Assembly (NCBI GenBank): GCA_964514595.1
Contig: CAZEQZ010000001.1
Location: 331,847 to 395,846 of the forward strand
From: an uncultured Candidatus Saccharibacteria bacterium
GTDB taxonomy: Bacteria > Patescibacteriota > Dojkabacteria > SC72
Direction of reading: 5' to 3'
DNA: 64,000 bases
Shown here: one piece after another, positions 55,830-64,000 of the stretch
How positions within the stretch are numbered: the stretch's first letter is position 1
How the letters are laid out: every line of letters begins with the position of its first letter
Made by a program: the position numbers and the translations under genes
Notes under the pieces: generated by a model
The model's input: only the letters and a program-made list of their open reading frames with translations
Databases searched by the model: none
What the model was told of the DNA's origin: nothing

Positions 55830-56840
55830 TTAGATGGAGCCCTCTCCGTTAAATACGGCATAGTCAAAGAGAACATTGTGCCACTTTGCCTCTGGAATTA
55901 GAACTTCTTTCCCTCTATATATACCATAACAGTTTGCGGAAACTCGAAGATTTATCATTCTAAGATTTTGCAAGCAGTTAAGTTCCAAGGGTACTGAGGC
56001 ATACTTAATACCGATTGTTCCTCCTACAGCTTTGATTCTAATTTCATCAAGGGAGTAAATCTCTCCATCTATTACTTTCTGTTCTTTCAAGTTAATTGGC
56101 ACAGAAAAATTTCTATTTTCTATAAAATACGGCTCCCAATCATTATCTAAGAAATTAATATCTTGAGAGTTACATCTTCCAGAGGAATCTGCGAAACAGT
56201 AATTTGTAATATCCTCATATTCATATTTTTTATATTCTTGAGGCTCCTCAAGGCCTGGGATATACTTGGCATATGATTTAAACAGTACAAAACCTGCCTG
56301 TGTACTCCCTCTTACGTCAAATCCTAGTAATACTTGACACAGCACATCTATCTCAAGTCCCTTTATGGGTAAACTCCAGACTTGACCTGGTCTGATTTCA
56401 AAATATGTATTTTCATCTGCCTCCCTGATAGTTAATTCGTATTCATTCAAACCTTCTTGAACAGGACAAATAGAAAGGTTTCGTATACTGTCTAACATTC
56501 CTAATCTGGAAAGTAGTGTTGATATCTCTTGAGTTGTGTTGTTTTCTTTCAACGGTGGTACTGTGCCCTCTATATAATCGAATTCTTCTTTACTCTCCTC
56601 TGTTCTTATTTTATTTATCATAGCCATAACCTCCTTGATAGGATATAGAGTTAGTTTATCTATTATTAAATCTGATATCTCCAAAGCCTCAGCAGAAGCT
56701 CTTTCTTCTAGCGTGAGTGTTTTGTCTTTTTGGGATCTAAAAAATACGGACATAGCTATTATTGAGGATACAACCATAACTACCATGGCTATTGCTAATG
56801 CTTGAGATTCATATGTTTTCTTTATTTTCATATAGACCAT
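55830..56840 (-). CDS. Hypothetical membrane-anchored extracellular protein (last gene of the secreted-protein operon)
   Basis: 336 aa with an N-terminal TM helix (ALAIAMVVMVVSSIIAMSVFF). Its start overlaps the upstream stop by 1 nt. Confidence 0.4.
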   Translation of the reverse strand: MVYMKIKKTYESQALAIAMVVMVVSSIIAMSVFFRSQKDKTLTLEERASAEALEISDLIIDKLTLYPIKEVMAMINKIRTEESKEEFDYIEGTVPPLKENNTTQEISTLLSRLGMLDSIRNLSICPVQEGLNEYELTIREADENTYFEIRPGQVWSLPIKGLEIDVLCQVLLGFDVRGSTQAGFVLFKSYAKYIPGLEEPQEYKKYEYEDITNYCFADSSGRCNSQDINFLDNDWEPYFIENRNFSVPINLKEQKVIDGEIYSLDEIRIKAVGGTIGIKYASVPLELNCLQNLRMINLRVSANCYGIYRGKEVLIPEAKWHNVLFDYAVFNGEGSI

Positions 56841-59632
56841 TAAAATACTTTAAATCCTACCTCTTGTTTGTACATAGGAGCTTCGCTTCCAAAAAAAGTT
56901 TCCGAAATTCTTGCGTACTTTATATCCCAAGAAACAACCAAAGTGGGATGAGAATAATTATACAATCTAAGATTTCGTTTTATAAAAATAGCAGAATCTA
57001 ACTGAGAGCTATTCCCTAAAGAAACTAAACCTCCTTTTATCTCCAAACCATCTCGAACAGCATCATTTTCGTCTGCCACCTCTATCAGTATTTGATTTTC
57101 TGCTATCATAAAACCTTCTATATAATCGTATCCGACCAAATCCCCAAAGCTTTGCCTCCCACCTTCCTTAATAAAAATGTTTTCCTTTGCAACAAATATA
57201 CATCCAACTGTCTTGTCCGCAGTGGATTCAATTATATTTGGATGTAAAATTATGTCCTTCTCAGACATTATTAAGGTATCTCTATCGCAAACAAACCCCT
57301 GTTCTACCTCAATCTGGTCTGTAGCATAGAAGAGGCAGTATCTATTTTCTCCACAGTATGTCGAAGAGGAGGAACTTAAAAGCACCTCAAAAGATTCATT
57401 TATATACATATCTCGTTCAAGTTGTTGGACATTTAATTTTCTTTTTAAATATTCGAACCAGTAGTTCTTCTTGTCATTTGAATCATATATATTTATTGCC
57501 CTGACTGCTCTACTTACTTCTGGGTGTATCAAATTAGTGATAAAATCTCCCCTAGAAGACACTAACTCTGTCCCAGTGTCTAATTCCTCTTTTAATATAT
57601 TTTTAAACACTCCTTCTAATTGTCCAACGTTAGACACATCCTTGGAGCTTGCTCCTAATCTGCCTTTTGAATATACTACTCCGCCTTTAGTCGCTATCCA
57701 AGGTCTTAAGTCTACATTGTGTGCTCTAGTAGCATCATTACAGCCCTGATCGTAGGCTGTAGCATAGATGCTAATTATCCCTCCTTCGTTGTCCCCTATG
57801 TTTATTCTGTTTTCTCCTATACTTACATATGTGGAAAGTCCTATGTTATTAAACCTCCAGCTGTTAGGATCTACGATATGACCAATTTCTTTTGAATCAG
57901 GGATTCCTTCCTCTAATACTATTTCGTTGTTTCTTCCTTCTAGAGATATAGATTTGTTTAATAAGAAATCTCCATCTCTGTATGCGTTTATAACAACATC
58001 CGTTACCAAAGATTCGGTTCCATTTATATTCCAATTAAGAAATAGTTCTCTTGGTCCTTGCGGATCTTGGCTTAAATCTATAATATTTGGAACTGAGAGA
58101 TCAATTCCCCAATCAAAATATTTCTTCATATGACTTTGATCTACTCGGCCATCCTCCAGGATCATATGTGTATCTAAAACTACACTTTTGAAATTGTATA
58201 AACCCCCTATATTGGATGAAAAATTGGCGACAAATTCTAAGTCAAATTCGAAGGATATCGTGTCTATAAGTTCCTCTATTTTAGTATATGTGATTCTTGC
58301 TATTGGATCATTTCTGTAATTTTTCAAAACATCATCTGTTATTAAACCCCACGTATTCCCATCTTCATTAATACCATATATCTCTGGTTCGTTATTCCAG
58401 GAATTATTTCTTTGAAGAATCATGATTCCTATCTCATCTACGCTTGTAGCTGTATATGTACTTGTTATCTTAGGAAGAGTTGGAGTATCATTGGATTTAC
58501 TAAACCACACGATTACTCCCTTAATCTCATTAACAGAATTTTTATCGGCTCCCATAACCCTTACCTTTAATGGGTTGTTAACTTCCAAACCGGTATAATC
58601 CTCTGTGTAGCATCCTTTAAATGAAGTTGAATCTTCTCCTCCTAGATTAGGTAAAAATTTTTTCTTCAAACACTCCTGGTCGTCTCCACATACTGTTTCA
58701 TCATCAATAATAGAAGGGTCGGAATTCTCGGGGTCTATTATATCCGGGTTGTTATTTACTCTGTAGTATGTTTCAAGTACAGGAGAATACAATTTATTAT
58801 CATCACATCTATTAACTGTGTAGTATAGTCCTCCGATCTTCCCTTCGGAACCTTGTTTTAATGTCTCCAAAATACTTTGTTCTGAAGGAGAAAAATTTTG
58901 AATATTGTCCGTTGATTCACTACAAAAATCTTCCTGATATGGATCTATACAGCTATTCCATTGAATCCATTCATCATTCACTCCATAATTGTTTGCCCTG
59001 AATATATACCCTAATTCTCTAGATGAATCCGGTTTAGTTCTAGAAGGGAGGAAAAGTTTTACATTATTTTCTATAGAGGGGTATTTAACTATTGTTGGGG
59101 AGTTTGAATTTATAGAGAGAGTGTATGACTCTTCGTCTATTATCATATTTAGAGATTCTGGGATAGATTGTGCTACATTATCCTCTATTTTGTAGCATGT
59201 ACTACGTGAGGTACAAGTATTTCCACAATCATTTTTGTATGTACAGCTAATTGGTTGAGTATCGCTACTACACAAATTATTAGGGTTAGTGGTTGAATAT
59301 CCATCGGGGCAAGAAGGAAATGTGCACGAGCCATTACAGGAGTTATCACATGGGCAACCAGTGAACACACATTCCAATTTTGCACATTTATAACTAGGAT
59401 AAACAAGCCTAGATCCACAACATGAATCTCCGCATGGATTATAACAATGAGTCCAAGGGCTAGCGCATTGATGTCCAGTCCCACCCCAGACGTAGCATGT
59501 TGTTTGTGTACATTTTAAAGAGTAACAACTCGGGCATTGTGCGTACACCTTTTGTACGTAGAAGAAAGTCAACAATACACTAAGAAGAAGAATCATTTTT
59601 ATAGATTTTATTTCTTTCCTTCTATTTCTCAT
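56840..59632 (-). CDS. Large secreted protein with N-terminal Cys-rich module (about 30 Cys in 150 aa)
   Basis: 930 aa. Signal peptide MILLLSVLLTFFYVQKVYA. Segment QCPSCYSLKCTQTTCYVWGGTGHQCASPWTHCYNPCGDSCCGS... The rest is Asn/Ser/Asp-rich. No known domain recognised. Confidence 0.55.
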   Translation of the reverse strand: MRNRRKEIKSIKMILLLSVLLTFFYVQKVYAQCPSCYSLKCTQTTCYVWGGTGHQCASPWTHCYNPCGDSCCGSRLVYPSYKCAKLECVFTGCPCDNSCNGSCTFPSCPDGYSTTNPNNLCSSDTQPISCTYKNDCGNTCTSRSTCYKIEDNVAQSIPESLNMIIDEESYTLSINSNSPTIVKYPSIENNVKLFLPSRTKPDSSRELGYIFRANNYGVNDEWIQWNSCIDPYQEDFCSESTDNIQNFSPSEQSILETLKQGSEGKIGGLYYTVNRCDDNKLYSPVLETYYRVNNNPDIIDPENSDPSIIDDETVCGDDQECLKKKFLPNLGGEDSTSFKGCYTEDYTGLEVNNPLKVRVMGADKNSVNEIKGVIVWFSKSNDTPTLPKITSTYTATSVDEIGIMILQRNNSWNNEPEIYGINEDGNTWGLITDDVLKNYRNDPIARITYTKIEELIDTISFEFDLEFVANFSSNIGGLYNFKSVVLDTHMILEDGRVDQSHMKKYFDWGIDLSVPNIIDLSQDPQGPRELFLNWNINGTESLVTDVVINAYRDGDFLLNKSISLEGRNNEIVLEEGIPDSKEIGHIVDPNSWRFNNIGLSTYVSIGENRINIGDNEGGIISIYATAYDQGCNDATRAHNVDLRPWIATKGGVVYSKGRLGASSKDVSNVGQLEGVFKNILKEELDTGTELVSSRGDFITNLIHPEVSRAVRAINIYDSNDKKNYWFEYLKRKLNVQQLERDMYINESFEVLLSSSSSTYCGENRYCLFYATDQIEVEQGFVCDRDTLIMSEKDIILHPNIIESTADKTVGCIFVAKENIFIKEGGRQSFGDLVGYDYIEGFMIAENQILIEVADENDAVRDGLEIKGGLVSLGNSSQLDSAIFIKRNLRLYNYSHPTLVVSWDIKYARISETFFGSEAPMYKQEVGFKVF

Positions 59633-61196
59633 CTGTCAGGTAAGGTTCATACTCTATAATAGTTTTTAAAAAATAAGCATTATCCTTAATATTATATTTG
59701 TCATCGTACCACAAACCTTTTTTATTTTCAGAACTATAAAAATTTTGATAGTAGGCTCTTAGCAGAAGAGATCTGACTATAGTAGTATTTTCGTTACTCA
59801 AACAAAAATACCAATTATTAAGATTATTTTCGGTTAATCTTAATATGTTTTCATCTATTCTGCTTTCAGAGAAGATGGTTTTATATGCTGATATTTGATC
59901 CATGTACTCATTACCCAGTATCTTTTTTTCTTCATTTTGGACCAATCTGAGGAAAGAATCTATCTGACATACATCTTTTAAAGCAAAATTGTCTTTTTCC
60001 ACCATGGTACTAGTAATCGCAATCAACTGTTTTTCAAACTCCATGTCTATTAGAGAACCTCCTGCAAGTTTTGTAGAATAATAAGAATCCAATAAAGAGG
60101 ATGACAAATTTGAGAATGAAAGGAAATCATATTCGAAAAATTGATACTCACCAGACGTAAACCTACTGGGTGTCAAAGATTGTAAGTAGCTTAACACATA
60201 ATTATCACCATTTAAACCGTTTGCTTTTCCTTCGAAAAGTTCTGTAGTACCATATTTTAGTTCTTCTGAAGAACAGTATTGTGCTTGTAAATACTCATCT
60301 TTATACTCCAAGTTCTCAGATATATCATAAATCATTACACAACTTAAACTATTATTAAAGTGATAAATATTCTCATTTAAAACCATAGTGAGCCCTTCGC
60401 TGATTTCAGCAACTTGACAAATGTCTGGATCCAAACATTCTGTTTGTGTGTTTTCATTATCTTTTCCATAATTAATTACATCTTCATCCTGCAATATACT
60501 TAAAAGATTCTCCTTATTAATTTCGTTTGCGGAGTTTTCCTTTACTAAGAATGACAGAGCCCACGGCGCATATAGTTGTTTATTATCTCTTCCGTTAGAA
60601 AAATAAATACTTTCTCCATCATTAAAAACTTCGGTTATAGACACTTTAGGAGATTTTTGAAACAATAAATCTTCTGATTTAGAATTCTCTATAGGGGTAG
60701 ACAAAATAGCTTCAGCAATACTATTTTTTATAAGCTCGATATCATCCTGGGAAAAATAGAGAGTGTCTATCCCTATTTTTATCTTGTTATTATCAGAGAA
60801 AAACTTGGTTAAATCAGAAATATCCTTAACAGAGGTCAATTCTAATGTTATAGCTTCATAATTTTTAAGATTTTTTATCTTATCTTTGTCAAGATGGTTG
60901 TAGGGGATCTCCAAATTCGGCAGATAAATGTTGCTTTGATCTTTGTAGTCCCATAAATTAATACCCAAAGAAACTGAATCACTAGTGTCATCTTTTATCG
61001 AATAAATCAAACCCCTCATGAGATATTTTTTCTCATAGCAGCTTTTTGAAATTATTTTGTCTTCTAAAAAAGAGTATTTTAGAGGTATTTGAATACATGA
61101 ATAAAACTTGACAGCAAAAAATGACAGAAGCAAAATTGGGAAAACAAGAAGAAACACAAATGCTTTTTTTATGAAGGTTTTTCTTTCTATGGGCAT
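59622..61196 (-). CDS. Hypothetical N-terminally anchored extracellular protein
   Basis: Start at MPIERKTF, chosen because the promoter-like TGTAATATAAT lies 4 nt upstream. TM helix FVFLLVFPILLLSFFAV. About 525 aa. Overlaps the next gene by 11 nt. Confidence 0.45.
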   Translation of the reverse strand: MPIERKTFIKKAFVFLLVFPILLLSFFAVKFYSCIQIPLKYSFLEDKIISKSCYEKKYLMRGLIYSIKDDTSDSVSLGINLWDYKDQSNIYLPNLEIPYNHLDKDKIKNLKNYEAITLELTSVKDISDLTKFFSDNNKIKIGIDTLYFSQDDIELIKNSIAEAILSTPIENSKSEDLLFQKSPKVSITEVFNDGESIYFSNGRDNKQLYAPWALSFLVKENSANEINKENLLSILQDEDVINYGKDNENTQTECLDPDICQVAEISEGLTMVLNENIYHFNNSLSCVMIYDISENLEYKDEYLQAQYCSSEELKYGTTELFEGKANGLNGDNYVLSYLQSLTPSRFTSGEYQFFEYDFLSFSNLSSSLLDSYYSTKLAGGSLIDMEFEKQLIAITSTMVEKDNFALKDVCQIDSFLRLVQNEEKKILGNEYMDQISAYKTIFSESRIDENILRLTENNLNNWYFCLSNENTTIVRSLLLRAYYQNFYSSENKKGLWYDDKYNIKDNAYFLKTIIEYEPYLTDEK

Positions 61197-61408
61197 GTTT
61201 ATTATATTACATTTGTTTCTAACCAAAAACAACAACCCCATAGTATTTGCCCCCTTGTTATTATTATGATATAATTTTCTATATTTGATCACTGCTCTTT
61301 CACAAATTACAAGGTTTGATTTCGCGTTTCCATCTATTTTCTGTGTGGAGTACAAAGTATATTTTTGTATTTTTTGTTCTCTACACAGGGATTAAGAAAG
61401 GATATGTC

Positions 61409-61855
61409 ATGAAAAAGATAATTGTTTTACTTTTCTTGAGCTTAATTTTAAGCTCATCCTCTTCCCCTGTAGAAGGAGAAGAAAAATGGTTTCTAAACGA
61501 AACAAACGTCACGTTTGTGGAAACCGAGGCTGGTTGTGAGTTAACTAGCCCTGGATGGAAAGGACGATGGGATTCAGAAGCCCAAAAATGGATCTGGATC
61601 TCTGGTGGCTGGAGAACCACTGCAATTTGTCCGTCAGGACAATGTGGTTGCTCTAATCCACTAATAATTGATCCACTCACTCCTAAATGCGGAGACTCTC
61701 AACTTTTCTTTGGAGAATTCCGTGAATATCTTCATGCTGGAGAAACCAGAGTGGACCAATATATATGGGTCGGCATTTATAATTGCCAGACCAATTCCTG
61801 GATGGAAACATCTGGAGATTGGGTTCCCAAAAGGATCGGAAAAATCACCCTGTGA
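61409..61855 (+). CDS. Small secreted Cys- and Trp-rich protein
   Basis: Signal peptide MKKIIVLLFLSLILSSSSS. 8 Cys. Shine-Dalgarno AAAGGA. 148 aa. Confidence 0.45.
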   Translation: MKKIIVLLFLSLILSSSSSPVEGEEKWFLNETNVTFVETEAGCELTSPGWKGRWDSEAQKWIWISGGWRTTAICPSGQCGCSNPLIIDPLTPKCGDSQLFFGEFREYLHAGETRVDQYIWVGIYNCQTNSWMETSGDWVPKRIGKITL

Positions 61856-61938
61856 AAGAGAAAAGACCCAGCCTTGAGATTGTTCTTGCCTGTGTATCTT
61901 TATGATACTTGGTATATCTCTCGGTTGGGTTCTTTTTT

Positions 61939-62673
61939 TTACCCAAACAAAGTACCATTCCCCCTACTAAGTACCCTATCTATATTCCATTGTAAATCAT
62001 CCTTATCTGTTAAATTACCCTTTAACCATTCTAAATACTCCCTATCCTCCTTAGCTACCTCCTCCAACGATTTTCCTGCATATTTACCAAAATTAATACT
62101 TCTAATATACGCTGGTTCCTTTGTTATTTGTATCATATTTTCTATGCTTAATTTGCTATTTTCTTGGATATACTTAAACAGATCTCTAACAAAATATACA
62201 TCACTTAGTGCATCATGTGCCGTATTATGATCCACATCTTCATTCTTGTATAACCCTAGATAGTATCTAAGATACTGAAGTGAGTAACTCTCCAAATCCA
62301 TACCGTTTTCCTCAAACATATTTCTTGCTAATTTAAACGTACATATTTTATTAGGTATCTCTATACCCTTTCTCTTTAAAACCTCAGCATCAAACTCCAC
62401 ATTATGTGCGACCCATATATACTCTTTAAGAAGCGCATCTAAATATTCATTTAGAGGTTTCTCTTCATAAATACTTTCTTCGTACGTATCATAGTTTTCT
62501 AAGAACTCGGGGGTTAGGTGATGTACAGCCATAGCAGAAAAACTAATCTTCTGCATAGGTTTAAAGTACATATTAAATACCTCCTTTGTATCATCGATTA
62601 TTGCTAATTGAATAATATCCTTGCTTTGTATATCAGTTGTTTCTGTATCAAAATACAGTAGTTTCTTCTCCAT
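61939..62673 (-). CDS. DEDDh 3'-5' exonuclease (DnaQ/ExoX-like) with C-terminal DUF3820-like domain
   Basis: Exo I YFDTETT, Exo II WVAHNVEFD and Exo III HTAHDALSD motifs. C-terminus FGKYAGKSLEEV...REYLEWL matches DUF3820. Start at the internal MEKKLLYFD. Confidence 0.65.
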   Translation of the reverse strand: MEKKLLYFDTETTDIQSKDIIQLAIIDDTKEVFNMYFKPMQKISFSAMAVHHLTPEFLENYDTYEESIYEEKPLNEYLDALLKEYIWVAHNVEFDAEVLKRKGIEIPNKICTFKLARNMFEENGMDLESYSLQYLRYYLGLYKNEDVDHNTAHDALSDVYFVRDLFKYIQENSKLSIENMIQITKEPAYIRSINFGKYAGKSLEEVAKEDREYLEWLKGNLTDKDDLQWNIDRVLSRGNGTLFG

Positions 62674-62691
62674 TAGATTCCAGTATATCAT

Positions 62692-62721
62692 TAATTTAGA
62701 AAAAGGTTGAAAGGTAGTATA
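62692..62721 (+). promoter_or_regulatory. Promoter TTTAGA-17-TATAAT (GGTAGTATAAT) placed 7 nt before the map ATG (leaderless)
   Basis: -10 at 62716-62721. ATG at 62729. The same GGTAGTATAAT element is seen at 7469-7479. Confidence 0.4.
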
Positions 62722-62728
62722 ATCTAGA

Positions 62729-63496
62729 ATGATTATTACAAAACCTAAAGATGAAAGAGTTTTAAGAGAGGCATGTAGTATCTCTGTCGATATACTTAAA
62801 CAATTGGGGGAAGAAATACAGATTGGGAAAACACCGTTAGACATAGATAGTAAGGCGGGATATTTGTGTAAATTATACAATGTAAAGCCTGCGTTTAAGA
62901 AGGTTAAGGGATATAACTTTAATACGTGCATCTCGGTTAACGATGTAGCTGTACATGGTGTACCAAAGGATATACCTTTAAAGGAAGGTGACTTAGTATC
63001 TATAGATTTTGGTATATACCATAAAGGTATATATACAGATCACTGCTGGACATGGAGTATTGGAGAACCAAACGAGAAGAATTTGAAATTATTAACAGCA
63101 GGAAGAAAAGCTGTTGAGAATGCAGTTTCTAAGGCTACCGTAGGGAATACAACTGGAGATTTGGGATATGAAATGATAACAGAGGCACACAATAGTGGCT
63201 TTGAGACTCTCAAGATGTTTGTTGGTCACGGTATAGGTAAAACATTGCATGATGAGCCAGAGATACTAGCATACGGGAAGAAAGGCTCTGGGACAAGGTT
63301 GGTTGATGGAATGGTGCTGTGTATAGAGTGTCAGGTTGCAGATGATGTGGGGCATGATATTAATATAGATCAAGACGGATGGTCAGCAAAAACCTTAAAT
63401 GGAGGTAATAGTGTAATGTTTGAATATATGGTTATAGTGAGGAAAGATAACCCCGTTATATTAACTGATACTCTTAACTGGGATACTGTTGTTTAG
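62729..63496 (+). CDS. map: Methionine aminopeptidase type I
   Basis: Pita-bread fold metal ligands ([38 protein letters not shown]). 255 aa. Confidence 0.85.
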   Translation: MIITKPKDERVLREACSISVDILKQLGEEIQIGKTPLDIDSKAGYLCKLYNVKPAFKKVKGYNFNTCISVNDVAVHGVPKDIPLKEGDLVSIDFGIYHKGIYTDHCWTWSIGEPNEKNLKLLTAGRKAVENAVSKATVGNTTGDLGYEMITEAHNSGFETLKMFVGHGIGKTLHDEPEILAYGKKGSGTRLVDGMVLCIECQVADDVGHDINIDQDGWSAKTLNGGNSVMFEYMVIVRKDNPVILTDTLNWDTVV

Positions 63497-63516
63497 TTTA
63501 TGATAGAATAATTCCT

Positions 63517-64000
63517 ATGGAAGATATATATGATACAGCAATAATTGGAAGTGGTCCTGCAGGGCTTAGTGCAAGCATATATGCTAGCAGATATAGATTA
63601 AAGAATGTTGTATTTGGGAAAATTATGGGAGGCACTATTGCAGATGCACATAAGCTATGTAACTATCCTGGACTTCCTGGTTTAACAGGGTTCGAAGTTG
63701 GGAAAAAGATGTATGACCATGCGAAAGAGGAAGGTGGGGAATTAGTTGCTGAGAGTGTGGTTGATATAAAGAAAGAAAATAATATTTTTAAAATAATAAC
63801 TGATTCTCAAAAAGAGTATTTCTCTAAATCTATTATTATTGCTACCGGTACTAAAAGAAACAAGCTACATATACCAAATGAGGATGAATTCTTAGGCAAG
63901 GGTGTATCATACTGCGCTACATGTGATGCCATGTTTTATAAAGATAAAACGGTTGTAGTTGTAGGGGGTAGTAATGCCGCTACGATGGCAGCAACTATGT
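63517..64000 (+). CDS. trxB: Thioredoxin-disulfide reductase, N-terminal part (runs off window)
   Basis: FAD motif [12 protein letters not shown]. Redox-active CATCD. No stop before the window end. Confidence 0.8.
   Translation, partial: MEDIYDTAIIGSGPAGLSASIYASRYRLKNVVFGKIMGGTIADAHKLCNYPGLPGLTGFEVGKKMYDHAKEEGGELVAESVVDIKKENNIFKIITDSQKEYFSKSIIIATGTKRNKLHIPNEDEFLGKGVSYCATCDAMFYKDKTVVVVGGSNAATMAATM

Noticed and set aside
1-64000. CRISPR arrays, transposases/IS elements, integrases, restriction-modification or toxin-antitoxin pairs
   Set aside because: I scanned both strands for regularly spaced direct repeats and for characteristic motifs (DDE transposase, tyrosine recombinase R..HxxR..Y, methyltransferase motifs). 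None was found. The only repeat structures are the intragenic FN3 repeats, the duplicated LAETG 3' module and the tRNA-His att-like repeats.

Overview
This is a 64-kb, AT-rich, gene-dense bacterial chromosomal window of about 33% GC. Coding density is high, genes often overlap as TAATG (stop and start sharing one base), and many promoters match the sigma-70 consensus. The sequence looks like a small-genome, fermentative low-GC bacterium, possibly Patescibacteria/CPR-like or a Firmicute-like lineage, but I cannot place it from sequence alone.

Main gene content:
- Copper efflux: copA plus a heavy-metal-associated domain chaperone.
- A Na/Pi symporter, MurB and PRPP synthetase.
- A sortase-like gene next to two paralogous LAETG-anchored secreted proteins, each with its own promoter and terminator.
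- A sigma-70 factor with a long N-terminal extension.
- A 1446-aa glycine-rich surface protein with FN3-like repeats.
- An unusual cluster of Mur ligases (MurD, MurC/Mpl, a MurE-like protein) with a CofE-like ligase, a conserved hypothetical and an LD-carboxypeptidase.
- Alr-Ddl, a DEAD-box helicase, and a pyrimidine-salvage-like operon (DUF523/TudS-like, Upp, a four-gene ABC transporter).
- An SPFH protein, then tRNA-His(GUG) with an adjacent imperfect duplication of its 3' end flanking a 0.55-kb higher-GC segment.
- glmS preceded by a structured leader that closely matches the glmS ribozyme core.
- A minimal [FeFe]-hydrogenase H-domain-like protein, pyrG, an ADP-forming acetyl-CoA synthetase and a two-subunit 2-oxoacid:ferredoxin oxidoreductase.
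- An operon of large Cys-rich secreted and membrane-anchored proteins, a DEDDh exonuclease, map and the start of trxB.

No CRISPR array, transposase or classical defence system was seen. The most interesting candidates are the sortase/LAETG locus with an unrecognised N-terminal Cys/His module, the hydrogenase-like gene with an altered H-cluster motif, the atypical Mur-ligase/CofE-like/LdcA cluster, the glmS ribozyme candidate, the tRNA-His 3'-end duplication with dispersed copies of its core motif, and the pervasive leaderless promoter architecture.
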